64,000 bases of DNA, taken from NCBI GenBank assembly GCA_951406725.2, contig OX597820.1, positions 17,856,001 to 17,920,000 on the forward strand, written 5' to 3'. This DNA is from Octopus vulgaris (taxonomy: Eukaryota). Position 1 is the stretch's first letter. Every line of letters starts with the position of its first letter. Below, piece by piece: positions 53,100-64,000 of the stretch. The position numbers and the translations under genes are program-made. Below the pieces are notes generated by a model. That model saw only the letters and a program-made list of their open reading frames with translations. It had not been told where the DNA came from and searched no databases.

Positions 53100-55315
53100 T
53101 TTAAACTTAGCCGGATTAACCGTTGGCGTACATGTCCGAATATTCCTCAAGCATTGGGTTTCAGGAAAGCTAACTTCAGTGAAAATAGTACCAAGGTGGA
53201 AACTTTGAAAATAAAATACATCATTTTGGCCAGTGGTTTTATACATAATTTTTGGCACATCTCCCCATGTATCCATTGGAACAAGTGCTGTCATTTGTAT
53301 CTTGACAGCGGGTATCGTTGACAAACAGGCTCTCATTTTTGCTAAGGATCACTTCAACAGTTCTATTTTTCACAATAGTTCCGCTGCCGATTGGGAATCG
53401 ATACCAGAGTATATGGACTTTAAGGAAGGAGTCGCCATGACAACTTCTCTTCTCGCTGGATTAATCCTCCTTATAATGGGAGTATGTCGTTTAGGTTTTA
53501 TCACTACTTATTTATCGGAATCATTTTTCAGTGCTTTTACATCGGCAGCTGCATTTTCACACATCGCCACCAGTCAGATTTCGTCCATGTTTGGTCTATC
53601 AATAAAAAAATACAGTGGGCTTTTCAAATAATTTACACCTATCGCGACATCATCCTAAACATCACCAAAACTAATGTTGCAGAGCTCATCATGTCAATCA
53701 TAATGGGAGTATCATTATTCTGTTCGCACTCGTAAAATCTTGCATTATTTTTCGACCGGTTCAAGCATAAACTAAAAGTTCCAATACCATATACCGATTG
53801 AGCTGGTTGTTGTAATACTATGAGGTACACTAGTAGCTTATCTTGCTAACCTTGCTGACACCTACGACGTTAAAGTTGTTGGCCAGATCTCATCAGAAAT
53901 ACCCGTACCGAAAGTGCCTCCACTAAATATTGCCACGGATCTTTTACTAGAACAGTTTAATCATTGCTATATTGATATTCGCCAATACAATCGCCATAGC
54001 AAAGATCTGTGCCAAGAAACACAATTACGAAATAAATGACTCGCAAGAACTGATTGCCTACGGCTTGTGGTAATTTCGTGAGTGCCTTTTTCTTCTGTTT
54101 CCGCAGAGCGTCGCTCCTCCTCGTTCGATGATCGCAAGCACAATGGGAGTAAAGACTACTCTAAGTGCAGTAGTTACAGCAATTCTCATGTTTTTATTAC
54201 TGAGTGTTATCAGTAGTCTGTTCAAAACTTTGCCTGTATCAATACTGGCCGCTGTTATAGTCATTGCATTAAAAGGCCTATTTCTTCAAATTGCTGATTT
54301 AAAAAAATTCTGGCATATCAATATCTTCGATTTCATCATCTGGTTGATAACTTTTCTCAGCGTTGTTTTCTTAGACATTGATTATGGTCTTGGCATCGGA
54401 GTAGTCGTATCTCTCATTACGGTTGTTCTGCAGAGTCAGTTTGCTCAAAGTTATCGCATTGCACAACTGTCTAAAGAAGACTTGTTGGTAGAACACAAAC
54501 TTTACCATTCAGAAGAGATTAGAGGTGTAAGGATATTCCGATTTGAAGCTAACGTTTATTTTGCTACAGCGGAAATATTCCGAAATAGTCTCTATCGAAA
54601 AACTCTGAACCCTAGGAAACTTCTGAAACAACTGCAAAAACTAGAAAAACGACTCCAAGAGCAAAATAAAAGAGTTTATCAACGATGAACATACTCAGAC
54701 ATTCGACAAGTGTTGATTCAAAATCTACCGACTTATCTACCAATAGGAGATCAGACATTTCCATTTTAAAACGAGTGGAGTAAAACGATAGATCTTGACG
54801 AATCGCGTATACCACCACACTCTTCTGTATCTCATGTGACAATGGATCCATCGATTACCAATATTTCTAATGGTGAAATCCCAAATGGAAGAAAACATTC
54901 TATTACACACAGCTCGGATTCTGATATAAATGGGCAAAACGAAGAAACAGACCAAGAAGATGGCGGTTATTGCATACCAGAAGGAGAACTGAATGTTATG
55001 AAGTCAGTTCGTTTCATCATATTAGATTTATCCAGTGTAAATTACATCGATGCCACGGGAGCAAATACATTGAGCTACATCTACAAGGAATACGAACACG
55101 TAAATGTACAGGTTTTTCTTGCCGCATGTCATCCTCGTGTATGCAAAAGTTTGCAACAGGCCGGCGTGTTTGACGTCTATCCACCGGGTAATGTCTTTGT
55201 TACAGTGGACGGTGCAATAACACAAACGTATAACAACTACAAAATTAAGTCTTATGCTCTTAAAGATTTCACCGACGAAGAAGCCGCGGAAGATTCCTAC
55301 GTAACGAAACTATAG
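53100..55315 (+). pseudogene. SLC26/SulP anion transporter (prestin/SLC26A6-like), intronless, with multiple frameshifts; pseudogene or uncorrected assembly errors
   Basis: LAGLTVG..PQ, FGTSPHVSIG, RLGFITTYLSES, PIELVVV, QELIAYG, PPRS, YFA, STAS motif IILDLSSVNYIDATG, stop after YVTKL. Confidence 0.9.
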
Positions 55316-55507
55316 CACTGATAAAATCTTCGCAAGTTTATCTTATAAAAAACGCTGTCAGTACTAACAACTAGAGTTCAATTATTTAGAATTGACTAAC
55401 ACTGGAATTTTTGTATATCTTGAAAGATAAATGTAGAAAAATAAATAACTTATATTACATAAATTCTACATATTATGAAGGGTTGACCGTGGGATATTTA
55501 AAGACAG

Positions 55508-55671
55508 TAGGCGCACGTGTGGCTGCGTGGTAAGAAGTTGACTTCCAACCCACATGATTCCGGTTTCAGTCCTACTGCGTGGCACCTTCGGTATGTGCCT
55601 TCTACTATAGCTCCTGGTCGACTTGAGCCTTGTAAATGAATATGATGGACGGAAACTGAAAAAAGCCCGTT

Positions 55672-55737
<66 letters not shown>

Positions 55738-55955
55738 GCATAACACATGTATGTATATATCTTTCTGTGTACCCCCCACAACTGCTTGACGAGTGCTGTT
55801 TGTTTACACCCCGGTACTTTGGCACAAAGACACCGATACAATAAGTGCCTTACTCTAAAAAAAAAATAGCAAATACTGGGGACGATTTGTACGACTAAAC
55901 CCTTCAAGGCGTCGTTCCAGCTTGGCCGCAAACCAATGACTGAAGCAAGTATAAA
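55508..55955 (+). mobile_element. SINE family B (diverged)
   Basis: Head, internal (TA)n and tail present. Confidence 0.8.
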
Positions 55956-56241
55956 ATACAAAAGACATTTTGAGTAGAATGAAATTTGAGAGCCCAAAAG
56001 CACGATGCCATGTTGCGTTAGAATGCGGGTGGCCAGTAACAGCCATTTGTATCTTGACGGCAGGTATCGTTGACAAACAGCGAAGCGGAGATGGTTATCC
56101 GCAAGTGTTAACCCCGTGAATCGGAATGGCTGTTCCAGCTTGCATCTCCCTCACCATCCTCCGGGGCAACACCCTTTCTGTTAGGTCTGCTGGGATACAA
56201 GGCGTTCAGAATTACTGGAAACTCTACGTTCAACTTCTTAA

Positions 56242-56922
56242 CCCATTAACTGCCAATTTCTTTTGTTCATTTTTGTTGGCTTTGCCAGGTGTCTTAGAAG
56301 TTAAAATAATATATAGTAAATCCTTAAATCCTTTAAAATGTTTTAGCCCGAAGGTAGATAATGTTAAAATCTTTTCTTCATATGAGAATTAATAAAATCT
56401 TTAAAATGTTTTTTTTCTTTAGCCGCAGAGATGCCGCGGCCATGCTGGGGCACCTTTTCTTCATATAGAGAATGTATTTTGGAAATTATGATAATTTTTT
56501 TCGAAAAGTCCCAAATGGGGATCGCTGAAAAAATATCATATTTATCCTTTTCTATTCAATTGCCATAATAAACATTTTAGTTAGTTTTTTTTTTTTTTTA
56601 ATCAAATGCGAATGTGTATACACATTCAAAATGCGAAATGTATATGAAATATCAGTGAATGATTTAGCTGGGAGAATGCAAACAAAAATGCTTTCAGAAC
56701 TGTCGATATTTTGGTAATTCAAAAATTGCGATTTATGACATAGAATGTCCTCTAGAATTAGCCAGAGCTAATAATGACAAACACTTTAACTACTAAATAT
56801 TGTCAAACACACCTCTGCAAATGCAATGCATATAAGCAACTCACTTTAAATACAACGAACAACATTCGGCAGTGTGACTGTTTTTATCGGATCCCCAAAT
56901 GAGGCTCATGGCAGGCAATGGG
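56242..56922. mobile_element. Non-autonomous piggyBac element
   Basis: TTAA|cccattaactgcca ... tggcaggcaatggg|TTAA (12/14 TIR match). Confidence 0.75.
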
Positions 56923-57144
56923 TTAATGTAAAGTTACTCCGTACGGATTGCTCCGTTAAATTCTCATTTTTGGTTATCATTTTCGCTGAGAAATTTAGTT
57001 TTAAATTTAGTTTTAAAAAGGTTAGTACTGGGGTCGATTCATTCGAGTGCCATGCCCTAGAAAGGGGACAGTATATTGGCTGAAACAGGTAAAAAGATAA
57101 AAAGATAAGAACCTGTATAATATATATGAATATGTGTATATGTA

Positions 57145-57219
<75 letters not shown>

Positions 57220-57227
<8 letters not shown>

Positions 57228-57432
57228 ATCACGTGACCGACCAGTCCATCAGATGTAGTTACACATCGCTGGTCACAATGCGTTCGCATTGTTTTAGCCT
57301 TCGAACGACGGCACCCCGCTGGCTAAGCGAGCAGGCCAACAGAAGAAAAGTGGTGAAAGAGTTCGGCAGGGATCACCACCCCCTGCCGGAGCCTCGTGGA
57401 GGTTTTTACAGGTGTTTTAGCTCACAAACCCG
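57220..57432 (-). mobile_element. SINE family C tail type 2 fragment inside (TA)n
   Basis: Reverse complement of ~21430-21645. Confidence 0.8.
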
Positions 57433-57468
<36 letters not shown>

Positions 57469-58279
57469 TATATATAATATATAATGGACTCTTCCGCCGT
57501 TGGACGACGTATGAGGATTCGACAGTTTCTGTAAGAATTACTGCAGTGGTCAGTAAGATTGTAAAATTTACAAAGTTAACGAAAAAAAAATCCTATAAAA
57601 AAATCTATCACCCAAGTGTGCCAATCAATCAAATTTTTAAAATATTATTTACTGAGTAAAAATAGGGCTAAAAAAAACAGTTTTACAGCTTTACACTACA
57701 ACCAAGCAAAACTTGAAGAGTTAACGCAGTATTTTTCAAGTACGTTTATTGTGTATGAAGTAAAGTTATAATTTTGATAAAGGCATTTGTATTTTTCTTT
57801 TTTTTCTTTTCTCTTTCTTTCTTTTTTTTTTTGTTTTGTTTTTGTTTTATGTTATGGGCAGAAAGCCAACAATTTTCAGGGGTAAGGTAAGTCGATACCA
57901 CTGACCTAGTACTTAACTGCCGGACGAGATGGGTGAAGATGCCGACGACCGCTCGGTTCAAAGTCTCCCTTGACCACAAGTGGCCCGACTCTTTTACGCA
58001 GACACCACCCTGTACATAACTCCATTGTTCCCCTACATGGCCTTGCTTTTGCTTTTGAGCCAAAAAATTCTAACTAACTAACTTAACTACCACAAGTGGC
58101 CTGAACCTTTTATCTTACCCCGATGGATGGAGGGGAAAAAAAGTTTACCTCCTGTACATAACTCCATATTTCACACAGCCTTACTTTGGCACCCCGAGGC
58201 AAGCTGGAACAAATTAACCTTCGCTTTAACTAACCTTACTACATTATTTGTAGCTTACCCGACAATCCGGCGGGGGAAA

Positions 58280-59225
58280 TTCTTAAGTTCTTTATTACCT
58301 ACAAAGGGATTTGAACTCAGAACGCAAAAAGCTACAGGACAGACAAACGGATTAAATCGATTTCTCCCAACAATCGACAGCAGTGCATAACTGGTACTTA
58401 TTTAATCGTTATCACCTACGAGGGCTAAACATATGAAAGGCAAAGTCGACCATCGGCAGGAATTTGAACTCAGACAAACAGTCGTACAAGATCGATTACA
58501 TCGAAATACCTATTTCCTTTGTGCAACAGGTGATGCTTATTTGGCTAAACACAGAGAGGAAAAGCAAGGACAGACAAACGGATTAAGTCGATTACATCGA
58601 CCCCGTGTATAACCCCGGTGCCTGGTACTTATTTAATCGACCCTGAAAGGATGAAAGGCAGCATCGACCTCGGCGGAATTGGAACTCAGAAAGTAGCGGC
58701 AGACGAAATACCTATTTCTATTTCTTTACTACCCACAAGGGGCTAAACACAGAGGAGACAAACAAGGACAGACAAACGAATTAAGTCGATTATATCGACC
58801 CCAGTGCGTAACTGGTATTTATTTAATCGACCCCAACGATAGGTATTAAATCGATTAATCGACCCGAAAAAAGGCAAAGTCGACCTCGGCGGAATTTGAA
58901 CTCAGAACGTAGCGGCAGACGAAATACCGCTAAGCATTTCGCCCGGCGTGCTAACGTTTCTGCCAGCTCGCCGCACTCCAGCGATTCTGCCAGCTTGACG
59001 CCTTTAGGGCAGTTGTATCGGTTTCAAACTTTGGCACAAGGTCAGAAATTTCGGTGAAGGGGCTAAATCGATCCCAGTACTTACTGCGACTTACTTTATC
59101 TTTATTGACGCCGAAAGGATGATAAACAGGGTCTATCTCGGTGGAATTTGAACTCAGATCCACTCTGCATAATGCCGCTAAGCATTTTGTCCAGAGTGCC
59201 AACGATTCTATCTGTTCGCCGCCTT
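58280..59225 (-). mobile_element. SINE family A array, left part scrambled
   Basis: Repeated core/tail motifs; 58280-58620 shows jumbled motif order. Confidence 0.75.
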
Positions 59226-60276
59226 CTTAACTATATTTATATTAATGGAGTTATTTTTCTTAGTTATAGAAACCCAAATATCGAATCACTTTGAAAATCA
59301 TATAAAATTTCCTTTTAAACTCATGGCTGTGTGGTATGTAGCTTGCTTACCAACCACATGGAAATATATGTTCACTGGGTTTGTAAAAGAGAGCAAAGCT
59401 ACAGGAAACCAAAAGACGAATGATCACAATAAGCAGTTAGTTACCCTACCTTAGTCGTTACCACTCCCAATGTAGGATTCCTCACCATCCAGGTGACAGG
59501 CACAGCCGTAAGATGCATTACGAATCTATAGCAATTGGAAGGGCGTGACCCAACTGAAATCAATATTAACAACTGTGTGACGTGAGGGCTAAGGAGAAAT
59601 TAAAGTGTCACCTCTGGAGTTTGCAAATGACCACTATACTGATACGTAACTGGACAGAATAAATTTAAAATCTATAAATGTCTTTGAATAACCAGTCACT
59701 CATCTGGGAAGGCCTTGAAATCGATGTTACCATCTGGGGACTATGTGTGACCGAGTGATAATAAAAAGACTGAAAGGAGGTCTTCAATCAAATAACTTTA
59801 CTCAACACTTTACAACTGAATCAGTGGAGGCAAGGATGCCTCTCATTTACTTGACAATTTATACACCACATTGCAGAAATCACAATGTAAATGTATGTCA
59901 AAGCAAACTGTTACACTGTTGTACCACTGAATTAGAAATAATGCCCAACTTTTATGCTCGGGTAACCCTACAGCTTCCAAGAGCACAACTGTATTCGTTT
60001 TTGCTTAGATAAAATGACGAAATTGTGGGTGTTAAAGCCCCATGGAGGAGTTTTTCTAACTTTGTAAGAAGATGAAATATTACTTCATTTGTGTCTAATA
60101 TCTATGGTTAAAATTTCATCAACAGCAAAAATATATGAATTGTCATGGAGGTTATGGCCCTTATGCATAGAATATAATTTTCAAATTTCATAAAGATTCA
60201 TTCAGTACTTTTGACCTAGTTTTGGATCATAAAAGAAATGACTAAAATTTGGAAGTTAAGGGCTCCTATTAGGGTG

Positions 60277-60878
<602 letters not shown>

Positions 60879-61176
60879 TAGATATACACAGACACACACA
60901 CATACAAAGATAAATTGATAGATACAACTGAGTGGGCAAACAAAAATATGAGACACAGCCCAGGGCTTTTTTATGTTGATAAGCCTAGTACATATTCTAT
61001 TAGATTGTTCTTGTGAAACCAGTAAGTTATGTGGATGTAAATAAATGAACAGCAGTTGTGAAGCAGTGATGAGGGCGAGACACAGAGACAAAGACACACA
61101 CATACACTTACATATATATACATACATATATATACGATCGATTTGTTTCAGTCCCTGTCTACGAAATCCATATATA

Positions 61177-63902
61177 TTGTGGTTGGCATCCTTTTTGTCT
61201 CGGCAGACAATGGAGTTGCGCATGAAATAATCTAGTCCGGCTTTTACATTTCATGTCCTAATGCATCTGCTGCTGTGGCTGTGCAGTCATATCCTGGACA
61301 AACACTCCCTTTGGCAGGTGCCGCAAATGTAGCGAAGACTTTGCCTGGCTGGTTGTAATGTCATACTTTCTTGTTGACGTCTTTTTTGTCTTTCCATTTC
61401 TCCTCTCCCTCTATGTCACTCCTTTGTGTTCCCTCTTTTACGGTACGTCGCCAATCTCCACGGTTGCTGGCAACTGCTTCCCAGTTGGTAATATTGATGT
61501 TGCAGGCATTCATGTCCCTTTTGCAAACATCCTTGTATCGTAAGAACGGTCTTCCCACAGGCATAGTGCCCCTAGCAAGCTCTCCGTTAAGTATGTCCTT
61601 GGGGATTCTGCCATCTTCCATACGGCTAACATGCCCAAGCCATCTCATACTTCTTTGTGTAAGGAGTGCAAACATGCTTGGTATTCCTGCTTGCTTGAGG
61701 ACATCTTTGTTGGGGACATGATTCTGCCATTTGATGCGAAGGATTTTCCAGAGGCAGCGCAGGTGAAAGATATTTAGGCGACGTATGGCGTCATATGGCG
61801 TCGTATGGCGTCCAAGGCTCACTTCCATACAGTAGAGTGCTAAGTACACATACCTGGTAAATCTTCATTTTTGTGGTCTTAGTCAGCTTATTATTGTCCC
61901 ATGCCTGTTTGGAGAGTTGGGCCACCACAGCAGCTGCCTTGCCAATGCGTATATTGAGCTCAGCATCAAGGTTGTAGGTGACGGTAGAACCAAGATAGGT
62001 AAACTTCTCTACCTCTTGTAGTCTGTGGTCTCCAATATGTATGTTTGGGATGACCGATGTAGCCTGACCCATGATGTTGGTCTTCTTGAGGCTGATAACT
62101 AAGCCAAAGTTGCCACATGCTTGCTCAAAACAGTTGATGAGCCTTAGTAGGGCTTCTTCTGTGTATGACACCAGAGCGGCATCATCAGCAAATAGCATCT
62201 CCTTGATCAGGACGCTTCTGATTTTGGTCTTGGCACGCAGACGCGAGAGATTGAACAGTTTCCCATCACTTCTACTGTGCAGAAACAGTCCATCATCTGA
62301 TGTCTCAAAGGCATGTGACAGCAGCAGCGAGAAGAAGATGCCAAATAATGTAGGAGCAAGGACACAACCTTGCTTTACCCCATTTTTTTATTTAGAAGGC
62401 GGCTGATGTTGAACCATTGTGCTGTATGGTTGCCTTGCATATCATCATGGAAAGATTTGATGATTTTCAGCAGCTTTGGTGGACATCCGATTTTTTGGAG
62501 CAGGATGAAGAGGCCTTTTCTACTTACCAAGTCAAAGGCCTTTGTCAGATCAATGAAGGCCATATATAATGGCATTTTCTGTTCTCTGGACTTCTCCTGA
62601 AGTTGACGTATCGAGAATATCATGCCAATAGTTGATATGCTTCTTCTAAAGTCACACTGCGATTCTGGATAAATTCGAGAAGCAAGCAGTTGCAGCCTGG
62701 ACAGGATAATGCGAGCAGAGGCCTTTCCAACAGTGCTTAGAAGAGATATTCCACGGTAATTGTTACAATCACCACGGTCACCTTTGTTTTTGTAAAGCGT
62801 AATGATGTTAGCATCCCGCATATCCTGAGGGACTGTACCCTCTTCCCAGCACTGACACAGAAGCTCATGAAGGTGCCGAAGCAGGATGGTGTTTTTGCCG
62901 GCTTTGATGATCTCTGAGGGGATGCCGTCTTTTCCTGGAGCCTTGTTACTTGCTAGGGAGTCAATAGCCTTGGTGAGCTCTGCTATAGATGGCGAACTGT
63001 CAAGTTCGCACATGACTGGCAAGATCTTGACACTCTCGATTGCAGCCTCAGCTACTGTGGTCTCTCATGAGTAGAGATCCTGGTAGTACTTCACCCATCT
63101 ATCCATTTGCTTGCTTTGGTCCTTGATGAGATCCCCAATAGTTGATTTCAGAGGGGCTGACTTGGTTGCGGATGGACCGAGGGCCTTCTTCAAACCGGCA
63201 TACATCCCACGGGTGTCGCCACTGTCAGCAGCTGACTGGATACTCTGACAGATTTCCTGCCAATACCTATTTGCACAGCGTCTAGCAGTCAGTTGGGTTC
63301 TATTTCTTGCCTTTCTGAGTTCTTCGAGTGACTTTGTAGACGAATCACTCTTGTATTGCATCAGAACTGCACGCTTTGCTTCGATAACTGATTCCAGCTC
63401 TGAGAGCCGAGCACTGAACAAAATCTGGGTTTTGCCTTTCTCTCATGCCGAAAGTATCTATTGATGTGGTATACAAAGCTTCCCTGATATAATTCCACCT
63501 ACTTTTAGCAGAGGAGGTTGGGCAGCTACTGAGGGCAACTTTGATAGAAACAGCAAAACATTGTCGCAGTGTAGGGTCCGAGGTTCAGGCAGTGTTAATG
63601 CGTAGTCGGCCCATTTTCTTGGAGTGGACTTTTTTAGGCAGAATCCTCACCCTGCTTCTTATTAGTGAATGATCTGTGTCACAATTCGCGCTGTGGTAAC
63701 TACGAGTCAGTTGAACAGAATTTAGAAAGGATCTTCGTGTAATGATGAGATCCAGATGATGCCAGTGGTGAGATCTTGGATGTCTCCAAAATGCCTTGTG
63801 GGATGTCTTGTTGGCAAAGAATGTGTTGGTGATGCACAGGTTATGGTATGTGCAAAATTCAAGTAGTCTGTGGCCATTGTCAATCATGTTGCCAATACCA
63901 AA
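61177..63902 (-). mobile_element. 5'-truncated, frameshifted RTE (BovB-like) LINE with APE endonuclease and RT
   Basis: WRHPRSHHWHHLDLI..DTDHSL (EN), KAPGKDGI, NYRGISLLS, FIDLTKAFD, LFADD, RWLGHVSRMEDGRIPK; flanked by a ~76-bp direct repeat. Confidence 0.95.
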
Positions 63903-64000
63903 ACACATACACTTACATATATACATACATATATATACGATTAATTTGTTTCAGTTCCTGTCTACAAAATCCATATATATATATATATATATATATATAT

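Noticed and set aside
57746-58063. 105-aa minus-strand ORF
   Set aside because: It lies in a garbled duplicated region, runs into SINE and poly-A sequence, and has no recognisable homology.

Overview
AT-rich, microsatellite-saturated eukaryotic DNA. The repeat families suggest an octopod (Octopus) genome; this is inferred from recalled repeat sequences, not a search. Almost all ORFs in the track are translations of simple repeats. The only recognisable host gene is an intronless SLC26 anion-transporter sequence (about 53100-55315, +). It is broken by many small indels, so it is either a pseudogene or, more likely, a real gene in a poorly polished stretch of assembly. The rest is mobile DNA. 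Non-LTR fragments: Tx1-clade L1, R4/Dong, RTE, and a Penelope-like element with GIY-YIG. There are at least four tRNA-derived SINE families, three copies of a mini-mariner, three non-autonomous Helitrons, and Tc1/pogo, hAT and piggyBac MITEs. The strongest new observations are four. (1) The most abundant SINE shares its 3' tail with the Tx1 LINE and appears to insert into its own head, building polarised tandem arrays. (2) Fold-back elements carry TTAGGG cores, one with a related MITE inserted in the telomere-like tract. (3) Several long palindromes and hammerhead-like motifs sit inside (TA)n tracts. (4) The Helitrons are mosaics with swapped termini. All coordinates were read by eye and may be off by a few bases.
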